A stretch of DNA of 64,000 bases from an uncultured Aminicenantes bacterium. GTDB lineage: Bacteria > Acidobacteriota > Aminicenantia > UBA2199. Location of the stretch: positions 1-64,000 of the forward strand of contig CBDAFS010000021.1 in NCBI GenBank assembly GCA_965195285.1, written 5' to 3'. Position 1 is the stretch's first letter, and the number at the start of each line of letters is the position of its first letter. The notes beneath the pieces were generated by a model that did no database searches, had not been told where the DNA came from, and was given only the letters and a program-made list of their open reading frames with translations. This document shows, one piece after another, positions 29,341-38,361 of this stretch. The translations under genes and the position numbers were made by a program.

Positions 29341-29927
29341 ATTAACTTCCGCTTCACTTCTACCATGACTAGCTTTGAAATACTTTTTAGGGTATCCACC
29401 ACTCCCTCCCCTTTCAAGGCAACCGCTTCAATTACCGGCTCATCCTTCTGCCTTAATGCTTCAATCAGTTCATTAGCCGGGGTAATATTAGCCAGGTCCC
29501 TCTTATTTAATTGAAGGGCATAGGGTAAGGTGGCAAAGTCTATTTTATAATCTATCAGGTTTTCAGTCATATCGGATATACTTTCGATATTGGCTTCAAA
29601 TCGCTCACGCTGAGAATCGGCAACAAAAACCAGGCCATCAACACCTTTTATAATTAACTTTCGCGAACTGCTGTAATAGATCTGGCCGGGGACGGTATAG
29701 AGATGGAATTTGACCTTATAACCCTTGATCATACCCAGATCAAGGGGGAAAAAATCAAAAAAGAGGGTCCGCTCGGTCTCGGTAGCCAGGCTGACCAGTT
29801 TTCCCTTGTTTCCTTTTTTTATTTTCTCGTAGATAGACTTAATGTTGGTGGTTTTTCCACTCAGACCGGGTCCGTAATATACAATCTTGAAATTGATTTC
29901 TCGTGTTGAATAATTAAGGAAAGACAA
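29337..29927 (-). CDS. mglA: MglA small GTPase
   Basis: KIVYYGPGLSGKTTN, TERTLFFDF, LYTVPGQ, DGLVFVADSQ, NKRDL. Confidence 0.95.
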   Translation of the reverse strand: MSFLNYSTREINFKIVYYGPGLSGKTTNIKSIYEKIKKGNKGKLVSLATETERTLFFDFFPLDLGMIKGYKVKFHLYTVPGQIYYSSSRKLIIKGVDGLVFVADSQRERFEANIESISDMTENLIDYKIDFATLPYALQLNKRDLANITPANELIEALRQKDEPVIEAVALKGEGVVDTLKSISKLVMVEVKRKLM

Positions 29928-29929
29928 AT

Positions 29930-30418
29930 TTAATCTCCGAATATTTCATCGATGTCTTCATCAGATACACCTTCAAACGGAGATCCGTCATTCTTAAATA
30001 TATCTAATTTCAGTTTTTCTTGAATGGTAACAAATACATCTTCAAGTTTTTTGGCTGCTGTTTTGACCCTGAACCGAACCAGTCCCAGGTTTGAGGTATT
30101 GTTAAATATGACAATCAACATGGTTCTCTCGTTGATAGATGAAACATGCAGGCTCTTATTTTCGGATTCGGACAGGATGCTGGGAAACTTCTCAATATCC
30201 AGCATTTCGGCAATGCAGTTTACGGCAGCCATACTTCCGGCAATCAGGGATGAAATAGAGTTCAGATATGAATCTTCCATATCCCCGGTAGAGGCTATAC
30301 AATGACCTTCGGAATCAGATATAAAAACAATCTCTGCTTTGGTGTTCTCTTTTAATTCGTCCAGAATATCTTTAATTAATACAAATTCTTCGTTATATAT
30401 TATAAAATTTTCTTCCAT
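29930..30418 (-). CDS. mglB: MglB roadblock/LC7 protein (cognate GAP)
   Basis: SLIAGSMAA, LGLVRFRVK, C-terminal SPFEGVSDEDIDEIFG; directly upstream of mglA. Confidence 0.92.
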   Translation of the reverse strand: MEENFIIYNEEFVLIKDILDELKENTKAEIVFISDSEGHCIASTGDMEDSYLNSISSLIAGSMAAVNCIAEMLDIEKFPSILSESENKSLHVSSINERTMLIVIFNNTSNLGLVRFRVKTAAKKLEDVFVTIQEKLKLDIFKNDGSPFEGVSDEDIDEIFGD

Positions 30419-30504
30419 CTGAGTTATGGTTTATTAAATTGTTTTTTTTATAAAAAATCATTATATCATTTAAGTGATAGAAAAGGCAATATGTTTTTCC
30501 CCCA

Positions 30505-31107
30505 TTATAATATTTCTGTACGGCTTTCCATTGCTCGGGCAATAGTCACGGAATCCACATAGTCAATATCCGCCCCTATGGGAAGGCCCAAAGCAATTCG
30601 GGTAATCCTTATCTTATATTTCTTCAGTATTTCGGTTAAATAGTGTGCCGTGGCGTTCCCTTCGGTGGTGGGACTGGTGGCCAGAATGATTTCTGAAACC
30701 GAATGGTCCCCCAGCCTTTTTTGCAATCCTGAAATCTTTAATTCTTCAGGTCCGATGCCTTTGATCGGAGATAAATTTCCATGCAACACATGATATAAAC
30801 CCTTATACAATACTGTCCTTTCAATGGAAATAATATTGAAGGGTTCCTCCACAACACAAATCTTAGTGGTATCCCTCTGTTTACTGGCACATATTTCACA
30901 GGGATCGTGGCTGGTCAGATTATAACAAATTGAACACAAGATGGTTTTTCCCCTGGCTTCTACAATGGCAGCGGCCAGGTCCAGTGCCACTTTCGGATCC
31001 TTTTTCAACAGGAAAAAACAAATTCGCTGGGCTGATTTTCTTCCGATAGAGGGGATTTTTTTTAATTCTTCAATAAGCTTATTGATGGGCGGGCTAAAGG
31101 TTTCCAT
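30505..31107 (-). CDS. recR: Recombination mediator RecR
   Basis: LKKIPSIGRKSAQR, C4 zinc finger, YHVLHG, Toprim EIILATSPTTEG. Confidence 0.97.
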   Translation of the reverse strand: METFSPPINKLIEELKKIPSIGRKSAQRICFFLLKKDPKVALDLAAAIVEARGKTILCSICYNLTSHDPCEICASKQRDTTKICVVEEPFNIISIERTVLYKGLYHVLHGNLSPIKGIGPEELKISGLQKRLGDHSVSEIILATSPTTEGNATAHYLTEILKKYKIRITRIALGLPIGADIDYVDSVTIARAMESRTEIL

Positions 31108-31115
31108 TTTTCGGA

Positions 31116-31445
31116 TTACATTCCGGGAAAATTAAATCCAGGGGGCATACCGGGAAGACCTCCGGGTAAACCGCCCATATTGCTTTTCAATTGATCATCC
31201 ACTTTGGTCTGGGCATCATTGATGGCTGCAATGATTAAATCCTGAAGCATTTCAATATCTTCTGGATCTACCACTTCTTTCTGGATGATCAGGGAAATCG
31301 GATTCTTATGTCCATTCATGATAACCTTCACCATTCCCCCACCGGAATTGCCTTCAACCTCCAGGCTGTTCATTTTTTCTTCCATATCCTTGGCCATATT
31401 CTGAGCCATCTGCATGAGCTGATTCATATTGGGAATTTTACCCAT
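31116..31445 (-). CDS. ybaB: YbaB/EbfC nucleoid-associated protein
   Basis: GNSGGGMVKV, EMLQDLIIAAINDA; between dnaX and recR. Confidence 0.95.
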   Translation of the reverse strand: MGKIPNMNQLMQMAQNMAKDMEEKMNSLEVEGNSGGGMVKVIMNGHKNPISLIIQKEVVDPEDIEMLQDLIIAAINDAQTKVDDQLKSNMGGLPGGLPGMPPGFNFPGM

Positions 31446-32826
31446 CTCCCCCTCCTTCTATATTTTCAATCGAAACGATGCGTCCTTTAATTTTTTTTAG
31501 CAAGCTGTTTATTTTCTCATCTTTCTTCAGTTCATTGATGACTTCCTGTTCTTTCTGGCCATCCCGTTTCTGGCTTTTGTGAGGGATTTCATTCTTCGCA
31601 TCCATTGGGAACTCTGGATTTTTAGATCTTTTTTCTTCAAGGATTGGAGGTTCATCCGGGTATGAACATGGAGTTGATTCCAGGTCCTGGTAGGGCCGGT
31701 TTGATTTCAAGCTTCCGATTATTGCTTCAATCGGGGTCAGATTGGGAAAATAAGAAAGCTTCAACAAAAGATATTCCATCATGATCCGGGGATTTTCCGT
31801 ATGTTTCATGGTAATCTCAAGATTCTTGGCTGCATTGAAATAGCGGAGCAGTTCCACTTCGTTGACATTTCGAAGTATCTCTTTCAACTCCGGAATATTT
31901 TCAGGGTTGAGATTATGCAGTTTATCCGATTGCTGGACTGATTTCAGAACAATCAAATTTCTGAAAAATTTCAAGTATTCAATGAAGAAAAATCTCAAAT
32001 CCACGCCCTTCTCAGATAATATATCAACCTGTTCAATGATTTTCTGTTTATCCCGGGTAAAAATGCTCCGGGTCAGGTTGATGAAGATTTCCTCCTCGAT
32101 GATACCCAGGATATCAATGACATCGTTATCATTGACATCACCATTGGAAAGGGCAATGGACTGGTCCAGTATTTTTTTGGCATCTCTCAGGCTGCCTTCT
32201 GAAGATTTGGATATGAGAAATAATGCGTATTCTGATATTTTGATTTTTTCTTTTTTAGATATTCCATCCAGAACCGATTTGATTACTTCAGTGGGAATGC
32301 GCTTGAATTCGAAATGTTGACATCTGGATACGATGGTGGCCGGGATTTTATGAAAATCGGTTGTGGCCATGATAAAATAGGTATGTTCGGGTGGTTCTTC
32401 GATCGTTTTCAACAGTGCATTCCAGGCAGAGGTGGATAACATATGTACCTCATCGATAACGATTATCCGGAAACGGTTCTTCAAGGGCTTGTACTTAACC
32501 ATCTCACGGAGGCTCCTGACCTCCTCCACTCCATTGTTGGAAGCCCCGTCTATTTCAATATAATCCGAAGATTTGTCCTCAGTAATTTCCCTGCAGATAT
32601 CGCACGAATTGCAGGGTTCCTTGGCCGGGCCTTTTTCACAGTTGAGGGCCTTGGCCAATATTCTGGCCGCAGATGTTTTTCCAACCCCCTTCATGCCTGA
32701 AAAAATCAGACTGGGGTACAATTTATTCATCTCGATGGCATTCTGAAGGGTTTTGGTAATGTGGGGCTGTCCGATCAGATCTTTGAAGATTTGGGGTCTA
32801 TATTTACGCGCCAATGCAAGATACAT
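31438..32826 (-). CDS. dnaX: DNA polymerase III subunit gamma/tau
   Basis: LARKYRP, GVGKTS, zinc Cys cluster, IDEVHML, NALLKTIEEPP, SRCQ, GSLRDA. Confidence 0.97.
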   Translation of the reverse strand: MYLALARKYRPQIFKDLIGQPHITKTLQNAIEMNKLYPSLIFSGMKGVGKTSAARILAKALNCEKGPAKEPCNSCDICREITEDKSSDYIEIDGASNNGVEEVRSLREMVKYKPLKNRFRIIVIDEVHMLSTSAWNALLKTIEEPPEHTYFIMATTDFHKIPATIVSRCQHFEFKRIPTEVIKSVLDGISKKEKIKISEYALFLISKSSEGSLRDAKKILDQSIALSNGDVNDNDVIDILGIIEEEIFINLTRSIFTRDKQKIIEQVDILSEKGVDLRFFFIEYLKFFRNLIVLKSVQQSDKLHNLNPENIPELKEILRNVNEVELLRYFNAAKNLEITMKHTENPRIMMEYLLLKLSYFPNLTPIEAIIGSLKSNRPYQDLESTPCSYPDEPPILEEKRSKNPEFPMDAKNEIPHKSQKRDGQKEQEVINELKKDEKINSLLKKIKGRIVSIENIEGGGDG

Positions 32827-32874
32827 CTGATTTTATTTCCATTAAGACATTTTCACCATATAGTTTTATAAAAA

Positions 32875-32974
32875 AGGCCCAGGAAATCCCAAACCCATAC
32901 ACATCCCTGCTTATTGCTGCTACCTTTCGGTCCTGACAAAGTTCACTGGGCAGTATTGTTGGGCTCCTGGACCC
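32875..32974 (-). ncRNA. ffs: Signal recognition particle RNA (small, 4.5S type)
   Basis: Domain IV motif GTCAGGACCGAAAGGTAGCAGC inside a long hairpin with pairing ends (GGGTCCAGGA...TCCTGGGCCT); typical tRNA-Ser-ffs-dnaX position. Confidence 0.92.
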
Positions 32975-33068
32975 GATATTGCTTCTCAAATAAGAAGAAC
33001 CCATTTTAGATTCATTCCCATTCATCAAGTTAACAAAAAAACAAACAAAAGTCTATTTTTTTGATAAA

Positions 33069-33155
33069 CGGAGAGGGTGGGATTCGAACCCACGGTACTG
33101 TCACCAGCACACACGCTTTCCAAGCGTGCTCCTTAAGCCGCTCGGACACCTCTCC
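33069..33155 (-). tRNA. tRNA-Ser(GGA)
   Basis: GGAGAGG...CACGC-TT-GGA-AA-GCGTG, long variable arm, GGTTCGAATCC...CTCTCC-G; CCA not encoded. Confidence 0.96.
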
Positions 33156-33282
33156 AAAAGGCTTATTTTATAACACTTATTATGAATAAATGCAAGTGTT
33201 GTTCCATAAATAATTTCGGATATTCAAGTCATATTTGAAGGGATTAACGATTACTCTGAAGGGGTAAAATCAAATCCGAATA

Positions 33283-35115
33283 TCAGGGAATCCTTCTAAT
33301 ATCGTACTTGGGCATCCTCAAGTTAGTCTCCAACACAATTCCGTTGTAGGACGGGTGATTTTTCAGGGCCCAGTTATGCAGTTCATACAAGAACCGCTTC
33401 ATTTGACTTTCATTCAGCAGCCGTTCACAGGATTCTTCCCGTCCGACTTTTTTACTGCCCAAAAGAATGGCAATGCCTACCCGCCTTTTAATTCCCCTTT
33501 GATCGGCATAGTGCAAATATTTTCCCAGTTTGGCCTTCTGCTCTTCCAGTGTGCATCCAAAATAGCTCATCAGTATCGGATAATCAACATGGTCGATCAC
33601 CCAGTAACGGGTACTGTCACTGACTCCGCTGTTGCCCTTGGCTTCCAGGGTGACAAAAGCTGAATATTTCAATCCATATTGATTGACTTTACGGAGATTG
33701 CGTTCAAATTGCTCCTTGAAAATATCCACAAATTCCGAATCATCGACAATGGTGTCAATTTTGAATTCCCGGCGGTGAGTATATAGAAACTTGGCAAAAA
33801 ACTCAATGGGATAATTCAACTCTGCGTATAAAAAATTAATTTTTTTAATACCTCCGGCATAAAATTTACTGACCAGGGGTTTGAATTTTCGATATCCTTC
33901 CTGGTAAAACTTGGGCCCCATGGGAAGGCCCGGATTCAGGTTTATTTTTCTGATTTTGTTTTTTCTAAGATAAGATAGCAGCGAATCAACATCACTGAAA
34001 TCACCCCAGGCACTCTGCCAGACATCCAGGGAAAGGGCATGGAAATCCCCGGGGGTCTCCATCACTACGGGCTTGATTTCCGGTATTTCTTCCTTTTTAA
34101 GAGGTTTTATGGTTTCCGTTTCCCTCACTTCTTTCTGAACCACGGCCTTTTGAATAAGTGTTGATGCACTTTTTTTACTGGCTGATGCCCTGATTTCACT
34201 TGATTCGGAAAACTGGCTGATGTCAAAATTCAACTCCCGGATCCACTGACCATCCAGTTCCTGAAACAGGGCCAGTTCCTCCCGGCAGATTGAATTGAGC
34301 ATGACCTCCCGTTCCCTGGCTGTCACATCCTGACTCTTTAACCGGGCAATGATTTCCTGGATTTCCATTTTTTTTTGATTAATTTCCCGCCGGGCATTGG
34401 TTTTTAGACCACTATTCTGACCCAGGCAGTCTGAGGATGCGATTTCATAAAATAGTCGAATGGCCTCGGTGATATGCTTGATGTACTGGATTGAACCTTT
34501 CTGGTATAAACTTGAATTCCCCAGAGAAATCACTGCTTTTCTATTTTTGGAAACATCCTCCGGGCAGGTATTCTCTCGGTCCAGTTCAGGATCCGGGGTC
34601 GGGGGATTATGTTTCAAATAATATTTTCCGGTTTCAATGACAATCCCGTTCACCAGGGCATGGATATTGTCAAAGGACAGGAAGTGGGGATTCAGGTTGG
34701 AGATGACTTCCATCAATATGTCATTGGTCTTCTTCTCCACCAGTTCGGTGTATTCTTTCACGATAAAATCATATTGCTGCCGGGCTGTACCGATGTTTTC
34801 GCCTGTGATTTCTTTTCCAATTTTTGATTTTAACCGGTTGAAACGGTCTTTGATACTCTTCCATTTTTTTTGAAAAACGATATGGTTGATGAAATTTTTC
34901 CGTTTTTCATGAATAGTCATGGATTTCAACTGCCAATCAATGCTGGTCATGAAATTCTTTTCAACAGATTCTTCTTTGTTACCCTTCATTTGAATAGGAA
35001 TGATCATAGTCAAAAAAACAGATAATAATATTGCTTTTATGAGTGCTCTTGTAATCATTGGATGATTGGATTTATTTTGAATAATATACTCCAATGGTAC
35101 GGAGATGAAAGGCAC
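33283..35115 (-). CDS. Exported hypothetical protein: helical N-terminal region plus a putative glycoside-hydrolase-like TIM barrel
   Basis: Signal/anchor (start likely MITRALIK), coiled coil, linker, then alternating beta/alpha pattern with IVDDSEF and VDYPILMSY, reminiscent of GH18-like barrels. Confidence 0.5.
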   Translation of the reverse strand: MPFISVPLEYIIQNKSNHPMITRALIKAILLSVFLTMIIPIQMKGNKEESVEKNFMTSIDWQLKSMTIHEKRKNFINHIVFQKKWKSIKDRFNRLKSKIGKEITGENIGTARQQYDFIVKEYTELVEKKTNDILMEVISNLNPHFLSFDNIHALVNGIVIETGKYYLKHNPPTPDPELDRENTCPEDVSKNRKAVISLGNSSLYQKGSIQYIKHITEAIRLFYEIASSDCLGQNSGLKTNARREINQKKMEIQEIIARLKSQDVTAREREVMLNSICREELALFQELDGQWIRELNFDISQFSESSEIRASASKKSASTLIQKAVVQKEVRETETIKPLKKEEIPEIKPVVMETPGDFHALSLDVWQSAWGDFSDVDSLLSYLRKNKIRKINLNPGLPMGPKFYQEGYRKFKPLVSKFYAGGIKKINFLYAELNYPIEFFAKFLYTHRREFKIDTIVDDSEFVDIFKEQFERNLRKVNQYGLKYSAFVTLEAKGNSGVSDSTRYWVIDHVDYPILMSYFGCTLEEQKAKLGKYLHYADQRGIKRRVGIAILLGSKKVGREESCERLLNESQMKRFLYELHNWALKNHPSYNGIVLETNLRMPKYDIRRIP

Positions 35116-35151
35116 ATGCCTTTCATCTCCATTTTTTTTGTTTTTTATAGA

Positions 35152-35877
35152 TTAACGGTTTTCCAGTTCTTGCCTGGTGTATACCTTAAAATAATCAAAA
35201 TCGGCCTTGGTTTTAAAAGTCACCAGTCCGAAATGACCCAGGTTGAAGGTGGTATCGGTGCGGCTGGCCACAACCGAATCATTTATATAGCATACGATAC
35301 GACTGCCGTAGACATCCACTTTCAAACGATACCAGTTGGCCCTTGAGAATTTCACCCGTTCCGTCAAGAAATTGGCTGATCTTGGGTTGGCGATATCAAT
35401 CCATTCACCATCCACCATTTTTCCCAGAACAGCACCCTCTTCACCGGCTAGCCTGAACATATAAAAATTATTGGAATCCCTCATCCTGAAAATGATCCCT
35501 GCACCGATGATATAGCGAACGTTGTTTAATAGCCTCTGATCCTGCATGGAGCCGGTTATATAACTGGGCAAATCCGGGGTAACCCGAACATAGGTTTCGT
35601 AGGTGGCATCAGCTGCCTGGGGATGATCCACATAGATCATGGAATTCAGAGCCCTTTCATCAGCGCTTCTCTGTAAAAAGAAGCCATTGGCATCGATCTT
35701 CCAATTGCCCCGGATCTGCTGCCATTCATTCTTCCGATTATTGAAATTATCATAAAATATGGTCTTGGGTCCAACTTCGCGCTGCACCACCTCGGTCCTG
35801 GGAACTATCACTTCTCGTCTTCCGCAACTTACCACCAGCAAACTGACCACCAAAATGATAAAAATAAGTTTTTTCAT
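35152..35877 (-). CDS. Lipoprotein with DUF1080/ConA-like lectin domain
   Basis: Lipobox LVVSC; FYDNF, GAGIIFR, WYRLKV, GHFGL, FDYFKV jelly-roll pattern. Confidence 0.75.
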   Translation of the reverse strand: MKKLIFIILVVSLLVVSCGRREVIVPRTEVVQREVGPKTIFYDNFNNRKNEWQQIRGNWKIDANGFFLQRSADERALNSMIYVDHPQAADATYETYVRVTPDLPSYITGSMQDQRLLNNVRYIIGAGIIFRMRDSNNFYMFRLAGEEGAVLGKMVDGEWIDIANPRSANFLTERVKFSRANWYRLKVDVYGSRIVCYINDSVVASRTDTTFNLGHFGLVTFKTKADFDYFKVYTRQELENR

Positions 35878-35897
35878 AATTTCCTCCTCGTTAATAA

Positions 35898-36359
35898 TTA
35901 ATTGTCTTCCCGGTAGTTGGTACTTTTAATCGACCGTCTCCATACCTGTTCATAGAGGGTATATCCCTCTACCGTGACTCCGTATTTCCCAGGTACATAT
36001 TTCAAACCGGGGGCAGAGGCCATGATCTTATAGGTTCCCGGCTGCAGTTTCAGGAGATGGGTCTTTCTGTCACCGATGGACACCACATAATGCGAAGGTC
36101 CGTCAAAATCAAGGGTGATATTCCGGTCCAGCTCATTCCGGATCTTTATCATTGCATTGGGAGGATTGTTGATTTCATCATATCCGACTCTGTATAATGA
36201 AACCACCCAAACCCGCCCTTCTTCATCCACCACCAGTTGTTCTGATGAGATCAGATTGGTCGGGCCAGCAGGCTGAATAATCACTTTTTCACCGCGCCCG
36301 CAATTGATCAGGAATAGCACCAGAACAGCACAAACCACATAAAATAGTTTTTGTCTCAT
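35898..36359 (-). CDS. Hypothetical lipoprotein with a small beta-sandwich domain
   Basis: Lipobox FLINC; IKIRNEL...LQPGTYKIMASAPG. Confidence 0.7.
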   Translation of the reverse strand: MRQKLFYVVCAVLVLFLINCGRGEKVIIQPAGPTNLISSEQLVVDEEGRVWVVSLYRVGYDEINNPPNAMIKIRNELDRNITLDFDGPSHYVVSIGDRKTHLLKLQPGTYKIMASAPGLKYVPGKYGVTVEGYTLYEQVWRRSIKSTNYREDN

Positions 36360-36427
36360 TTAACCTCCTCGATTTATATTAAAATTTCATTTTATGACTA
36401 TAACTGAAGTTTTTTTCATCTCGAATA

Positions 36428-36456
36428 AATGTAAACCATTAAATTTTTTTTGTCAA
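36428..36456 (-). promoter_or_regulatory. Sigma70-type promoter for the 36359-33283 genes
   Basis: TTGACA-17 nt-TACATT; GGAGG before ATG 36359. Confidence 0.55.
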
Positions 36457-36544
36457 CACCAGTAACCTGTTTTATTTCAGTTTTTTTAACTTAAATCTGC
36501 ATTCAAACATGTAAAGTCTATGTACCTCAAAATTTTAATTCCGA

Positions 36545-37195
36545 TTACTGGGAAATGCGGATGAAATCAAAATCGGCCCGGGTCTTGAAGGTACAGAGCC
36601 CTACTCTACCCAGGGTAAAGGTGTCATCCACAGCATTGACCACTGCAGAATCGTTGATATAACAGGTAATCCGGCTGCCATACACCCGAACTTTCAGGCG
36701 ATACCAGTTGTTCCGGGAAAATTTGATCCTCTCCCTGAGATAGTCGGCTGAGCGCGGGTTTGCAATATCTATCCATTCTCCCCCAACCAATTTTCCCAGA
36801 ACTGCTCCTTCTTCACCAGCCAGGCGGAACATATAAAAATTATCCTGGTTTTGCATCCTGAAAATTATTCCGGCACCGATGATATAACGCACATCGTTCA
36901 GCAGACGCTGGTCCTGCATGTTACCGGTTATATACACCGGTAAATCCGGCCGGATCCGTACAAAGGTCTCAATGACGGAATCAGCCACCTGGGGATGATT
37001 GATATAAATAACACTGTTTACATGCCGGGGATCGGCTGAACTCTGAACCAGGAAGCCGTTGGAATGAAAGCGCCAGTTCCCCCTGACCTGCTGCCATTCA
37101 TTCTTTCTGAAATCAAAATTGTCATAAAAAACAGTAAAACTTAACAAAAGCAAAGTTGAAGAAAGCATTACCAGAACAAATATCCTTTTTTTCAT
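36545..37195 (-). CDS. Secreted DUF1080/ConA-like lectin domain protein, paralogue of 35152-35877
   Basis: Sec signal; shares long identical blocks, e.g. YIIGAGIIFRM and NFYMFRLAGEEGAVLGK. Confidence 0.75.
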   Translation of the reverse strand: MKKRIFVLVMLSSTLLLLSFTVFYDNFDFRKNEWQQVRGNWRFHSNGFLVQSSADPRHVNSVIYINHPQVADSVIETFVRIRPDLPVYITGNMQDQRLLNDVRYIIGAGIIFRMQNQDNFYMFRLAGEEGAVLGKLVGGEWIDIANPRSADYLRERIKFSRNNWYRLKVRVYGSRITCYINDSAVVNAVDDTFTLGRVGLCTFKTRADFDFIRISQ

Positions 37196-38361
37196 GGCCT
37201 CTCCTTTTTATAATGTTTCAGTAATTTTAAAAATGATTTGACCGCTTTGATGGTTTTCCGGTTTGGTTGAAAAGGATTGAGTTTCATCTCATAGAATATA
37301 TACCAGCTGGTACCGGCTACCGAGGGCGATGTTGAAAACTCATATTTGTTTTCCGTGGCATAGGCAATGCCCCCCTGTTTTCTCATCATCCGTTTCACCT
37401 GAAAGTGATAAAAATCCCCTTTCTGTACCTGGCCGCAAAAATAATAGGCCAGGGCCATTCCCTCGGTTCCCTCACTCCATACCGGGGCATTTTTTGCTTT
37501 TCTTTCAAAAAATCCCCGTATGTCTGAGATCTGGTTAATGACACCGTCTTTGACCATGAAGCGCTTTTCTGCAAAGGGCAGCACCGGACAATATTTTGGG
37601 CCCATAGCCAGAACAGCCCAGCTCTGGCAATCCAGATACAGGGAGTGATCCTTAAAACCGGTCATGAAATGCACCGGTTCTTCATTCCGGTACAGGTTCT
37701 TCAATATAAAGTCTTTAACTTTTCTGGCTTTTTTACGGAAATAGCGGTTGTGATAATAGTAAAAAGCCGAATAGGTGTCCAGGTTGTGCTCCATTGAAAA
37801 CGCATCATCCCGTACCCCCAGGCTCACACCGCCGAAAGTCGGTTCGGTCTTATCCAGAACCTGCTGATTCCCGATCCAGTGCAGGGTTTTCCATAACAGC
37901 ACATTATAGGAAGTGTCCCCGGTCATTGCCCGGTAAAAATTAAGGGCCATGGCAATCCAGGCAATGCTACCGGTATAGGTGCGATTGGAAGTGGATTCCA
38001 GGCTGGAAATTATATAGGAAAAATCAAAGCTACCATCCTTATTTTGGATATAGGCCAGGGTATTCAGAATTTTTTTGGCCACTTCAATTTTGCCCGTAGC
38101 AGTAAAGGCCATGACGGCCAGGGCCTGGTCATAGATCCAGCACCGGTCTTCAATTCCTTCATAGCTCTGCACCAGGCAGTAGCTCTTTCCGTCCCGAATG
38201 ACCTTCCGGGCCATGGAGCTCAGCCAGTTTACATTCAATTGAAAATCCGCCATCAGTCCGGGACGATTTTTTTCTACCGGCTCTTCCGCCCGTAACGTGT
38301 TTGCAAACAATATCAACATGGCTATCAAGACTACCTTAAACAGAATACTTGGCTTATCCAT
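37192..38361 (-). CDS. Secreted (alpha/alpha)6-barrel glycosidase-like protein
   Basis: Start reassigned to MDKPSIL (38361, AGAGG RBS); signal peptide; WIYDQALA, SMEHNLD, LDCQSW, VWSEGT helical-hairpin motifs. Confidence 0.6.
   Translation of the reverse strand: MDKPSILFKVVLIAMLILFANTLRAEEPVEKNRPGLMADFQLNVNWLSSMARKVIRDGKSYCLVQSYEGIEDRCWIYDQALAVMAFTATGKIEVAKKILNTLAYIQNKDGSFDFSYIISSLESTSNRTYTGSIAWIAMALNFYRAMTGDTSYNVLLWKTLHWIGNQQVLDKTEPTFGGVSLGVRDDAFSMEHNLDTYSAFYYYHNRYFRKKARKVKDFILKNLYRNEEPVHFMTGFKDHSLYLDCQSWAVLAMGPKYCPVLPFAEKRFMVKDGVINQISDIRGFFERKAKNAPVWSEGTEGMALAYYFCGQVQKGDFYHFQVKRMMRKQGGIAYATENKYEFSTSPSVAGTSWYIFYEMKLNPFQPNRKTIKAVKSFLKLLKHYKKERP

Noticed and set aside
32804-33028. 74-aa ORF upstream of dnaX
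   Set aside because: Overlaps the SRP RNA, which explains the sequence.
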